Positions 18,647 to 28,101 of a stretch of DNA of 47,817 nt are shown piece by piece. The DNA lies in NCBI GenBank assembly GCA_964600735.1, contig CAZRLL010000006.1, forward strand, positions 1 through 47,817, written 5' to 3'. A program made the position numbers and the translations under genes. Under the pieces are notes generated by a model. That model saw only the letters and a program-made list of their open reading frames with translations, had not been told where the DNA came from and made no database searches. Positions within the stretch are counted from its first letter, which is position 1, and each line of letters begins with the position of its first letter. This DNA is from an uncultured archaeon (GTDB lineage Archaea > Asgardarchaeota > Heimdallarchaeia > Heimdallarchaeales > Kariarchaeaceae).

Positions 18647-20688
18647 TCTTAACTTCTTAAAATAATTTTTATTCCATTTCAATAATTTGTTTCTTAGGGA
18701 CCCCAAAAAGACATTATTTCAACATTTTACAATTCGGAAGGATATACAAGAAACCATTTAGCGCGTTTTTATGAGCCACACACAAGGGCTAAAACCTCAA
18801 ATATTGAAAGAATCACTTATCCTCTCTAAATTTTATAATCTAATTATCCACCATATTGATAAATAATTACATTTAAGAGAAATAATTAAATATTGCTCCT
18901 CTCTAACTAGACATATGGTGTATCTTACTCGAAGGAAAATAAAAGGTAATACCTACCTCTATCTCGAACATTCGATTTGGAAGGATGGCAAGTCAAAACG
19001 AGCTTGGCAAGTTTATCTCGGTTCTGTAAGGAAAATAGAAGAACATGGAATGACGTTCAATACCCAGAATATAACCACACAGACTCTGGAATATGGCGGA
19101 TCTGTTGCTTTACTAAAAGTAGCCGAGCAAATCAATCTAGTCGAAATCATCGATCGTCATACAGACAAGAAACGGCTTCAGGGCTTATCCGTCGGCCAAT
19201 ACTCGCTTATTTCCATTATTAATCGATGTTTAGCTCCCTGTTCGAAAAGTAAATTAGCCAAATGGTTCAAACGAGATTATCTTTCAAGAATCTTTACCAT
19301 AGATCATAAAGTTCTCAACGCCTCTACCTACTGTCATCACTTCCAGTTTTTTACTGCTGATGTTATCAATCAAATTGAAGCAGATCTTATGAAAACTCTG
19401 ATTGAACAATTTAATCTGGATTTAAATTGCATCCTCTATGATCCAACCAATTTTTTTACATTTATTGAGAACCATGAAGATGATCAATTGGCAAGGTATG
19501 GTAATTCAAAAGAGAAACGGTATAATTTAAGAATCGTCAATGTCTCATTGTTATGTACTATGGATTTTGGTATTCCATTATTCCATAGGACTTATGAGGG
19601 CAACACTCAAGATGTAACACATTTCAAATCGGTTCTTGCAGACATATATGACCGATTTCAGTTTGTTAAACGAGAGATAGCGGATATAACCATAATATTT
19701 GACAAAGGAAACAATTCCAATGAAGCTCTAAAGAGCATAGCATCGAGTAATCTTGGATTTATTGCATCATTACGCAGTTCCACACAAAAAGATTTGCTTC
19801 AGACTGCAGGTAAAGAATTTACTTATTTTCGTCTTGCATCTAATGAGAAAAAAGTAGGTTATTACAAGACACGTAAAAAAATCTATTGGGTGCAACGTAC
19901 ATTGTATGTGCTAATGGATCCACGGAAGAAGAAAAAGCAATTACTCCTGTTACTACGGGATTTGAAAGCTAAACAAGCAGAAATTGATACTTTTTTAGCA
20001 GACCGTTTGAACGACCATAAATGGCGTAAAGCAGAGGTAGTACAAAAGAAACTAAAAGAACTGATTGGGAAAAACCCCTTCAAAAATATCATTGAATTTG
20101 ACATTAGTGGTGAGTATGCAGACTTAAAAGCTAAAATTACATGGAATAAAATCGCACTTGCCAAGTATGTCCGGACTTTGGGTAGGTCGGTTATCTTCAC
20201 CAATCGAGACGATTGGCAACCGGAAGAATTGATACAATGTTTTCGCAATAAATATATCGTGGAGGAAGACTTTAAACAGCTTAAAAATCCTGCCTGTTTA
20301 TCTTTGCGACCAATGTATCACTGGAAGGATGTTTATATTCGAGCACATGTTTTTTCTTGCATCTTAGGACTTGTACTGTTGTCAATAATTCGTAAAAAAT
20401 TGGAAAGTAAAGGATTGAAAGCAAGTATCGCTCAAATTAAAGATGCGTTTTTAGATATTAAAGCCACTGTTATCAATCATCCTTGGAAAAAGGAAGAAAT
20501 TATTAAACTTAACCATCTAGAAGGTTTTGCTAGACAAATGGCAAAAATTCTCAATCTTCAGCTTCATTAAAAAATTAAAATAAATAAGCAATTAAGTAAT
20601 TCTCCCCTCTAATTTTTCCAAAAATCAGCTTGATGAACCCAGATTCGGTCTTTGATTAGGGATACAACAATAATTTAAGAAGTTAAGA
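18647..20688 (+). mobile_element. IS1634-family (IS4-like) insertion sequence, ~2.0 kb
   Basis: Transposase ORF flanked by a 15-bp perfect inverted repeat: TCTTAACTTCTTAAA at 18647-18661 and TTTAAGAAGTTAAGA at 20674-20688. AATAA occurs next to both ends and could be a short target duplication; this is weak evidence in AT-rich DNA. Confidence 0.6.
18915..20570 (+). CDS. IS1634-family DDE transposase
   Basis: N-terminus MVYLTRRKIKGNTYLYLEHSIWKDGKSKRAWQVYLGS is typical of IS1634 transposases. Candidate DDE residues lie in ILYDPTNFF, IIFDKGNNS and YIVEEDFKQLK. Confidence 0.85.
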   Translation: MVYLTRRKIKGNTYLYLEHSIWKDGKSKRAWQVYLGSVRKIEEHGMTFNTQNITTQTLEYGGSVALLKVAEQINLVEIIDRHTDKKRLQGLSVGQYSLISIINRCLAPCSKSKLAKWFKRDYLSRIFTIDHKVLNASTYCHHFQFFTADVINQIEADLMKTLIEQFNLDLNCILYDPTNFFTFIENHEDDQLARYGNSKEKRYNLRIVNVSLLCTMDFGIPLFHRTYEGNTQDVTHFKSVLADIYDRFQFVKREIADITIIFDKGNNSNEALKSIASSNLGFIASLRSSTQKDLLQTAGKEFTYFRLASNEKKVGYYKTRKKIYWVQRTLYVLMDPRKKKKQLLLLLRDLKAKQAEIDTFLADRLNDHKWRKAEVVQKKLKELIGKNPFKNIIEFDISGEYADLKAKITWNKIALAKYVRTLGRSVIFTNRDDWQPEELIQCFRNKYIVEEDFKQLKNPACLSLRPMYHWKDVYIRAHVFSCILGLVLLSIIRKKLESKGLKASIAQIKDAFLDIKATVINHPWKKEEIIKLNHLEGFARQMAKILNLQLH

Positions 20689-20803
20689 AATAATATATTT
20701 GAAACATATATATAATATTTAAGAAAAAAAATCAATGAAAACAACAAAATTTATTATTACTTGACTGAGGAAGGTTTATATTTTATGTCGAGGAGTCAAT
20801 CTA

Positions 20804-21076
20804 ATGAATTCGAAAAATCAAATTTCAAGACTTTTTCATTGGTCATTACCGATCTTATTAGTCTTGTCAATTACGATGGTTGGCTTTGGCCGGAACTCTA
20901 CACCGATTCAAATCGAACCAAATGCCGTAGCTGGCTTAAACATTCTTGTCGGACCTGGGAATTCTTATTATCAACTCGGTACCGGATTTGCTGATTTAAA
21001 TACCTATCTTACCTCAGAAGGTCATACGGTAACTCAACAACCCACCAATATTACTGGAAATCACCTAATCACCTAA
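20804..21076 (+). pseudogene. 5' fragment of a secreted or membrane-anchored protein gene (signal anchor plus ~55 aa), truncated
   Basis: Hydrophobic anchor LPILLVLSITMVGF followed by the start of a globular domain. The ORF ends inside an 8-bp tandem duplication (ATCACCTA x2, 21060-21075) at a junction with unrelated sequence. Confidence 0.4.
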
Positions 21077-21160
21077 TTTTCTTGAACGCACGGTATCTTG
21101 TGCATACATACGTGCAGCCTGCATATCTCCTTTTTGAATTGCGGCTCGAATTTTAACCAT
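21065..21160 (-). pseudogene. Short shard resembling the alpha1/alpha2 region of ESCRT-III (Snf7/CHMP) or PspA-family proteins
   Basis: The 31-codon frame reads MVKIRAAIQKGDMQAARMYAQDTVRSRKLGD*. Compare, from memory, human CHMP1B KIKKAIQKGNMEVARIHAENAIRQKN and yeast Vps2 KNGQVAAAKVQAKDLVRTRN. No flanking homology on either side. Confidence 0.3.
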
Positions 21161-21485
21161 AAATCTGGAGGATAGGTCAACCGAAAGAGACAGCCAGGAT
21201 TTACTGACTGCTGGATTTGTTGCAGCATTGACTGCGTTTTCCGAAGATATGGCAAATCAAGGTGGAGTAGTCAGAATTTATGCAAATCAATTGTTTTTCA
21301 CTATAGAGAGGAAAAGTGGACTATTATATACCTTACAGTCCAAAAGATGGACCAGAAAACTTGAACAGATTTTTCTTTCCACTGTTCTTGGTGTTGTAGG
21401 AGCAATCAAAGCAAATGGGTATGATCCAAAGGATAAGAGCATATTATCGCAAACAGTGCTAACTAGTCTTGACAATTATTTGTAA
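21138..21485 (+). pseudogene. 3' fragment of a longin/roadblock-like gene (lacks the N-terminal strand hairpin)
   Basis: DLLTAGFVAALTAFSEDMANQGGVVRIYANQLFFTIERKSGLLYTLQS aligns by eye with NMMAGLVAALDNVGEEM...GGLELGGAKILVQQREIFNFVFFVKN of the 367-aa ORF (46619-47722). There is no plausible start upstream of the homologous part. Confidence 0.45.
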
Positions 21486-21491
21486 ATCTAT

Positions 21492-21525
21492 GAATCAACT
21501 AAAAAATTGAATCAACTAAAAAATT
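21492..21525 (+). repeat. Perfect tandem duplication of a 17-mer (GAATCAACTAAAAAATT x2)
   Basis: Read directly: 21492-21508 is identical to 21509-21525. Confidence 0.9.
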
Positions 21526-22938
21526 CCAATACATGATAACAAATTGACATGATCATAACTATTGATGCCAGAATTTTTTTCATTGGATAATATGAATCAG
21601 TGTGGGTGAATCTATTAACACTTTTTTTTAAGTCGGCAAAAGAGTGATGAAAATATGAAAAATTATAATATATTTTTTTTTCACAAAATTAGTTTTTTTG
21701 GTGTCCACAATAATGTCGCACCAGGCAGAATTTTTTCCAAGCGGAAGGAAAAGTAAATTTTGAAATTTACAGATTGATAATAAGTTGTTTGAAAAAACGA
21801 TATCGATTATTAGTAAATATTTATTCAGAATAATTAACAATAATGCTAACGTAATGAAATCAAACTTTCATACGAGAACAAATTTTTGTTGACAAGATTA
21901 ATATATGAAAAATCAATTTTCAAAAATTATTTTTTACTTTTTTAATAAATGATATAATAATAAATTCATTAATTTATTGAAAAAAGTTTTTTGAAAAATG
22001 CGAGTGATGTATAAAAAATATAAAAATATAATTTGATATTAACATTAAGGGATAAGTTAATTAATAAAAATTCAATATGATTGATGATAGCATTCGCATA
22101 ATTAATTAGCATCATCATTAGTTGGCATTTCAATTGCAAACATATTAATACATTAACACACATAACTGATAAAAATCTATATTATATTAAGTTTATAAGT
22201 AATGACTATATTGTTACTCCTATTGGTAGTACTATCTATAATATGGTTAATAAATGGCTAACAGTCATTAAAAATATAATTCAAATGGATATATGATATA
22301 TAAGAATGGGTTAGTAAATATACAATATAGGGTCAACATCATGCTGACTAATAAGCTACATGATACATATAATAAATATAACATAATATTACATTACATA
22401 TAGTGACTACAGCAATAATAATCACATAAACATCGCAATGAAATAGTGATTAGCCGGATAATGAAGAATAGATATCTTAAATGAAAGTATGTTAACTTGA
22501 GAATAAAATGAGCATAAATCCAATTCGTAGATAAGAAATGAGAATATAGTATAAATACATATATAGTAATGGCATTAACATAAATTATTGTAATTATAGC
22601 TTATATTCATGAACAAATCCAAATAATCGATACATTATTAGCTTCGAAAATACGAAACGATTATCAATTAGATAAACGAAAGATTAAAAGTATCATCGAT
22701 AACCAATAACAATTGTTATAACAATTAATAAATTAGTTGATAATATTAATATATGAAATATCATTTATTAAAATTCAAATATGTAATTAAATAATTAAAA
22801 TTGCTAATAAAATCGTATTACATTTTCTCTTGGACTCTCTTATTATTTCACAACATTAGTTAACCTAATTGGAACCTCCACTGACCTGTTGTGGAAACAA
22901 ATGTATAAAAATTTCATCAGTTAATGGTAGATCACAAA

Positions 22939-23202
22939 TTATTTTTCGAAAAAACTTATTCCAATATTTTGACTCTTCTCATTTTCTTTTATTTTGGCAA
23001 TTGTATTATTCAAAATGACTTCATCATTTATTCTCAAAAATGCAGTTCGACGAATAACTTTGTCCTTTAAATAAATGGAAATGTATGATAATAAATCCTC
23101 TTCCACTATTGAAAATACTAAATTAATTTTTTCATTATCATGAAAATTTTTCTTTTTCAAATTAATAATAATAGGATGATCCCGATATTTTTTCCGGTTC
23201 AA
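22939..23202 (-). CDS. Hypothetical protein (87 aa)
   Basis: ORF only. No motif. Borders the ORF-free island. Confidence 0.3.
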   Translation of the reverse strand: MNRKKYRDHPIIINLKKKNFHDNEKINLVFSIVEEDLLSYISIYLKDKVIRRTAFLRINDEVILNNTIAKIKENEKSQNIGISFFEK

Positions 23203-23313
23203 TAATTAGAAAATAATTGACGATATAATTAATCATATTGTTGATTAGCAATTATTTGGATTTGAATTTTATCGATTGCTTTCATAATCTGGTTTTAAGA
23301 TTCTATTAGTTAG

Positions 23314-23697
23314 TCAGAAAAATTTCATGATATCAATTTCAATATCCATTTGTTCTGCAATATGAAAATAATCACTATCAAAACTGATTAATTTTATTTC
23401 TTCTAATCCAGAGGTTGCCGCGATAAGTAAATCTGCCATTGTCTTATCTTTTCCCATAAGTGAAAGTTGTGCCTTAATATCTGCAGCCAATCGAGCAATT
23501 TTTTCAGTTACTGGGATAATTTTACATCCATCAAGCAGAAGGTTGACTGCATTTAAGGTCCGTTTGCCCCGTTTTTGTGCGGACCAGAGCAATTCATAAA
23601 CTGTGATCGTAGATAATGAGATAATATCCTCGATATTACTCATTTTTTTGTTACCCTTTAACCACTCAATGCTGGCCGAAGTATCAAAGAGTAACAT
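23314..23697 (-). CDS. vapC: PIN-domain toxin (VapC-like ribonuclease)
   Basis: Start moved to the internal Met (MLLFDTSA). Acidic PIN residues lie in FDTSA, VYELLW, MADLLIAAT and SFDSDY. Its ATG overlaps the stop of the upstream small ORF by 14 nt. Confidence 0.8.
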   Translation of the reverse strand: MLLFDTSASIEWLKGNKKMSNIEDIISLSTITVYELLWSAQKRGKRTLNAVNLLLDGCKIIPVTEKIARLAADIKAQLSLMGKDKTMADLLIAATSGLEEIKLISFDSDYFHIAEQMDIEIDIMKFF

Positions 23698-23890
23698 TTT
23701 TTTCAATCCGATTTTCTTTAATTTCCTGGTAAGAAATATCACTTTCAGATAAAAGACCATAAGCATTTTTCGGTGCGGATAAAGAAAATTCCAGAAGGTC
23801 AGTTATAAACTGTGTAAAGCTTTTATTTTTTTTCATCTTCTTTAGCTTTTCATATAACTCACTTTCAATATTGATATTTTTGCTTGCCAT
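23684..23890 (-). CDS. vapB: Antitoxin partner of the PIN toxin (VapB-like)
   Basis: 68-aa ORF immediately upstream of and overlapping vapC. N-terminal INIESELYEKLKK segment resembles ribbon-helix-helix-type antitoxins. Confidence 0.65.
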   Translation of the reverse strand: MASKNINIESELYEKLKKMKKNKSFTQFITDLLEFSLSAPKNAYGLLSESDISYQEIKENRIEKNVTL

Positions 23891-23960
23891 ATATATACAT
23901 CAATATACACATGTATACATATAAATTTTATCAAACTATAATTCGATTTTTATTTTTATT

Positions 23961-24962
23961 CTATCGAATCTTTTCAAAATCTGGTATCCATTCACTAACT
24001 TCATCAAGTTGCTTGATATTATCCTCACCCAATTTTACATCGATGGCATCCACATTTTCTTCTAATTGTTCAACTGAGTTGGCCCCGATAATTGGTGCAG
24101 TAACAAAATCTCTGGTCAACATCCAAGCCAGTGCAACCTGACTCATCTTGACATCCAGTTCCTTTGCCACCTCAATAACTTTATCCAGGATTTGCCAGCG
24201 TTTTTCAGAATAATATCTCATCTCAACGGACTTGCTGCGAGGAGTATCCGGGGCTTTTTCCCGGGAGTACTTGCCAGTGAGAAATCCAGCAGCCAGTGGA
24301 CTATAAGGAATGACTCCAATATTGTACTTTTTGATAACAATTTCAAATTGATGTTCCAATTGCAATCTACGTGCCAAGTTGTAGACTGGTTGTAAGGATT
24401 CGAATTTTACATATCCATTTTTCTCACTCTGCCAAAAGGATTCCACCATTTGCCAGGGATGAATATTAGAAGCACCAATATAATTGACTTTTCCCTGCTC
24501 AACTTGTAAATTCAAGCCATGAAGGGTCTCCTCTATGGGAGTATCATTGTCAAAAGAGTGAATCTGGTACAGGTCAACCCAATCGGTCTGTAAGCGTTTT
24601 AGACTGCCTGTAATTGCCTGGTGTATGTGTCTGCGTGACAATCCCTGATCGTTAATATCCTCTGACATAGGTCCTCGTAGCTTGGTGGCTAATATTAGAT
24701 CATTTCGGGATCCCCGATCTTTCATCCATCGACCGATAATCTCTTCAGTTTTACCAGCATAACTATTTTCTCCCCAACGGGAATAGATATCTGCGGTATC
24801 AAAACAGTTAATCCCCAGTTCCAATGCCTTATCCATCAGGCTAAATGATTCTTCCTCTTCTATTCTCCAGCCAAATTGCATGGTTCCCAGTACAATTTTG
24901 GAGATTTTCATCCCAGTATTTCCGAGACAAGTATAATCCATAAAAACAGGTTTTAATGCCAT
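23961..24962 (-). CDS. Aldo/keto reductase
   Basis: LGTMQFG. Catalytic tetrad context: FDTADIYS (D, Y), LATKL (K), LYQIHSFD (H). The true start is probably the internal MDYTCLGNTG (about 24941). Confidence 0.9.
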   Translation of the reverse strand: MALKPVFMDYTCLGNTGMKISKIVLGTMQFGWRIEEEESFSLMDKALELGINCFDTADIYSRWGENSYAGKTEEIIGRWMKDRGSRNDLILATKLRGPMSEDINDQGLSRRHIHQAITGSLKRLQTDWVDLYQIHSFDNDTPIEETLHGLNLQVEQGKVNYIGASNIHPWQMVESFWQSEKNGYVKFESLQPVYNLARRLQLEHQFEIVIKKYNIGVIPYSPLAAGFLTGKYSREKAPDTPRSKSVEMRYYSEKRWQILDKVIEVAKELDVKMSQVALAWMLTRDFVTAPIIGANSVEQLEENVDAIDVKLGEDNIKQLDEVSEWIPDFEKIR

Positions 24963-26125
24963 TCATATATCTGTATTTTATGATTGCCGGATATTTTATT
25001 CAACTTGGAATAATTTTTGCTTGGCATGCCTTTGCTTTCAGATCCAATATTCTGCTTTATTTGACCAACAGGCACATTAATATCCGATTTGCAGCCAATT
25101 CCAAGTATTTTTTCTTTGCTTCGGTTTTTTTCTTTGTTACAGGTTCAACTTGGGAATTTTTGGAAGTTGATAATTTTCAATTTCGATATTATTATTTCTT
25201 TCCGCTGGGATTGTATCTTTTCACTCTGCTATTTTTCACATATGGAGTCACCCAGGGAAATTTTTTTGATTTTGATTCAGTTGTAAAAAGATATGAAAAT
25301 TTTGTTGAGGATGATCCGGAAATTATTGTGGTCCAAGATGATTTTATTCAGGTAGTTCCACTGAAATTTTTGCGTAGTCGGGATCTCATATTACCACTGG
25401 AAAATGGAAAGAGATATTCATTAACTTTTTGTCTGCTATGTAATAGTGCTCATGCATATATTCTACCCTTAGTTAATGGCAAGGAAATCGAGATATCCTC
25501 CAACGGGGGATCGGTTATCAACGGCAACAAAGCACTTTCAGATAGACGGGGTAAATATGTATGGCAGCAGCTAACTGGCAAGGGGATTAGTGGTAAAGCC
25601 AAACCATATCCACTGGTTGAGCTGCAGACCACTAGATTTTTGTGGAATCAAGTAAAGAATTTTGATAATGCCAAATTTTACTCCGGTAGAATACATTTCA
25701 TTCAATACAGGGTTTACCGATTGATTGGCAATTTAGTTGCCAGAATTCCCTGGTTAAAGATGACTTATAGAAAGGGGGATGTGAGATTGGGTTCCAAGGT
25801 TCCAGTAGTTGGTGTACACATACTGGGAGAGGGGACCAAGGCCTATCCGATGCAAATATTCAATCCTGGTAAAATAAAAATTATGGAAGATAAACTGGGC
25901 AAGACATCATTTTCACTGGTTTATAATGGGATAGATACGCTTGGTTTTACTGAGCTTGGTTTGGAGCTGGTGGGAGATAAACTGGTAAAAGGGGAAAAGG
26001 AATGGTCAATACTGGGTAAGGCACTGGAAGGGCATGATGATCTGTGTCAGATCCCAATTACGGGCCATGTATACTGGTATTTATGGAGTAAATTTTATCC
26101 TGATACCCAATTGTATACGGATTAA
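24956..26125 (+). CDS. Membrane-anchored DUF3179 domain protein
   Basis: N-terminal hydrophobic helices, then LTFCLLCNSAHAY ... GKYVWQQLTGKGISG, which resembles the DUF3179 core. The start is uncertain because the annotated ATG overlaps the divergent AKR start. Confidence 0.65.
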   Translation: MPFIYLYFMIAGYFIQLGIIFAWHAFAFRSNILLYLTNRHINIRFAANSKYFFFASVFFFVTGSTWEFLEVDNFQFRYYYFFPLGLYLFTLLFFTYGVTQGNFFDFDSVVKRYENFVEDDPEIIVVQDDFIQVVPLKFLRSRDLILPLENGKRYSLTFCLLCNSAHAYILPLVNGKEIEISSNGGSVINGNKALSDRRGKYVWQQLTGKGISGKAKPYPLVELQTTRFLWNQVKNFDNAKFYSGRIHFIQYRVYRLIGNLVARIPWLKMTYRKGDVRLGSKVPVVGVHILGEGTKAYPMQIFNPGKIKIMEDKLGKTSFSLVYNGIDTLGFTELGLELVGDKLVKGEKEWSILGKALEGHDDLCQIPITGHVYWYLWSKFYPDTQLYTD

Positions 26126-26146
26126 AAAATAATAATTTTAGTATAT

Positions 26147-26353
26147 TTAATTTCTACCAATTTTTGCAAGTTTCCTTAATTGAACCAGTATGAATATGGA
26201 TAATAAAAGGAGAAATATGGCTAAAAACTTCAATATATTGATAATTGCCGGCTCTGCTGTATCCTCAACCCCAGGGATGATGATAAACCAGGTAAAAAAA
26301 GCCATGAATATCAGTCCAAAATAGACCAGGGTTGATAAAATTTTCAAATCCAT
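26147..26353 (-). CDS. Small two-helix membrane protein
   Basis: 68 aa with two hydrophobic segments. Its ATG shares one nucleotide with the TGA of the upstream xth gene (TGATG), suggesting translational coupling. Confidence 0.5.
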   Translation of the reverse strand: MDLKILSTLVYFGLIFMAFFTWFIIIPGVEDTAEPAIINILKFLAIFLLLLSIFILVQLRKLAKIGRN

Positions 26354-27138
26354 CAGAATTCCAACTCAATACTAATGGGACAGTGATCAGAACCCATTAC
26401 CAGGGGGTGTATACTCGCAGCTTTCAGATTGGGCATTAAATCATCACTCACGAAGAAGTAGTCGATTCGCCAGCCCACATTTCTCTCCCGGGCTCCAGAT
26501 CGCATAGACCACCAGGTGTATAGCCCCTCCTTTCCCCCCTCAAAATGTCTTAATGTATCAATATAGCCTGCAGCTAGGAATTTATCTATCCATTTCCTCT
26601 CGATGGGTAGAAAACCCGAATATTTGCTATTGGGCTTGGGATGGGTGAGATCGATTTCATTGTGAGCAGTATTGACATCACCACAAACCACTATTTTTTC
26701 ACCATTTTCTCTAAGCTGAGTACAATAATTGAGAAATTTATCATAAAATCGCATCTTGTAATCCAATCTTTCCTGATTCTTCTTTCCATTGGGAAAATAA
26801 ACATTTAACAGGGTGAACTCATCATATTTGCTGATTAATATCCTGCCTTCTGTGTCAAATTCTTCCTCACCAATTTTTTTTACAGTTTTTCGTGGTGGTT
26901 TGGAAAAAAAATTAGCTACTCCACTATAACCTTTTTTTTTCGCGCTATGCCAGCTACTCTGGTAATTTGCTGGTTGAAGTAGCTGGTTGGTCAACTGGTC
27001 TTCCTGTATCTTGGTCTCTTGCAAACACAATATGTCTATCTCTTGTGCTTCCAACCATTTATGCATCCCCTTCTTGGCTGCAGCTCGGATTCCATTGACA
27101 TTCCAAGAAAAAATAATAAATTTCATCATTTCTTCCAT
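26353..27138 (-). CDS. xth: Exodeoxyribonuclease III (AP endonuclease, Xth/ExoA family)
   Basis: FSWNVNGIR, ILCLQETK, CGDVNTAH, WRIDYFF, GSDHCPI. Confidence 0.9.
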   Translation of the reverse strand: MEEMMKFIIFSWNVNGIRAAAKKGMHKWLEAQEIDILCLQETKIQEDQLTNQLLQPANYQSSWHSAKKKGYSGVANFFSKPPRKTVKKIGEEEFDTEGRILISKYDEFTLLNVYFPNGKKNQERLDYKMRFYDKFLNYCTQLRENGEKIVVCGDVNTAHNEIDLTHPKPNSKYSGFLPIERKWIDKFLAAGYIDTLRHFEGGKEGLYTWWSMRSGARERNVGWRIDYFFVSDDLMPNLKAASIHPLVMGSDHCPISIELEF

Positions 27139-27282
27139 ATTGACACTGCATTTGTAGACGTCGATTAAGGATTAATTGAAATGGATTTTTTTTTATTTTT
27201 TTAACAATCTGATCCATGCAATTTAACCAATCAATTGGGTTAAAATCAATGAATTTAGAAATATGCATTATATGCCTTGCAT

Positions 27283-28002
27283 ATGTCCACCCTAGAAGAA
27301 CTAGAAAAACAAGAGTTCAAAGAACATTGGAATTTTAGGAATTACATGCGGGATGTTATACTGGGGGCAAATGATGGCCTGGTTTCCATTTTTGCGCTGG
27401 TAATCGGGGTGGCAGGAGGAGGACTTGATCCCAAGCATGTATTGCTGGCAGGAATTGCGGGGATGGTAGCTGGGGCTTTATCCATGGCGATTAGTGAGTA
27501 TCTATCCACCAAAAGTCAGGAACAATTCTATGATGCCGAAAGATTATTGGAACTAGAGCATATTGAACATCATTTTGATCATGAGATCGGTGAATTAGTA
27601 GAATTTTACGAGGCCAAGGGATTTTCTGGGGAGATGTTGGATAAAATTGTAGAAACCATCTCCTCTAATCCTAAGGTGTTTTTGAATGAAATGATGATGG
27701 CTGAATTTGGAGTTCTAGAGGGCGAGAGACGGCATGCCCTCACAGCCACTTCTATAATTGGGATTGCCTTTGTCATTGGCTCTTTACCCCCAATTATTCC
27801 CTTCTTTTTTGTCAATTCCACCCAAACCGGGATATATATTACACTTATCTTCTCTGTTATCGGTTTATTCAGCGTGGGTACTTTAAAAGCAGTAATAACT
27901 AAAACAAACAGGCTAAAATCTGGTTTGGAAAATATGTCCTTGGGTTTGTTAGGTGCTTTGATTACTTTTATAATTGGATATTTTATTGGTATATCAATTT
28001 AG
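27283..28002 (+). CDS. VIT1/CCC1-family iron/manganese transporter
   Basis: RDVILGANDGLVSIFALVIGVAGG motif, a cytoplasmic acidic helix region and C-terminal TM helices. Start set to the first ATG, 6 nt inside the TTG-initiated ORF. Confidence 0.85.
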   Translation: MSTLEELEKQEFKEHWNFRNYMRDVILGANDGLVSIFALVIGVAGGGLDPKHVLLAGIAGMVAGALSMAISEYLSTKSQEQFYDAERLLELEHIEHHFDHEIGELVEFYEAKGFSGEMLDKIVETISSNPKVFLNEMMMAEFGVLEGERRHALTATSIIGIAFVIGSLPPIIPFFFVNSTQTGIYITLIFSVIGLFSVGTLKAVITKTNRLKSGLENMSLGLLGALITFIIGYFIGISI

Positions 28003-28101
28003 ATTTGTTAAGCTAACCTAAAATTTTAGATAATTCAATAAAAAAATCAGTCTATCTCCACACATATTAATTACTATTGGCTGTACTGAACTTTATACCT
28101 T

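Noticed and set aside
21628-22163. Two track ORFs (21628-21840 and 21969-22163, - strand) inside AT-rich island 1
   Set aside because: Their translations are I/L/F/K/N low-complexity strings expected from the T-rich antisense strand. No start context or motifs.
22806-22825. Shared 14-mer ATAAAATCGTATTA between island 1 (about 22808-22821) and island 2 (about 38875-38888) as evidence that the islands are homologous
   Set aside because: A single 14-mer match between two 1.4-kb AT-rich sequences is expected by chance. I saw no extended collinearity.
24941-24980. Head-to-head overlap of the annotated start codons of the AKR (24962, -) and DUF3179 (24956, +) genes
   Set aside because: This is most likely an ORF-extension artefact. 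Family-typical N-termini begin at internal Met codons (MDYTCLGNTG about 24941; MIAGYF about 24980), which removes the overlap.
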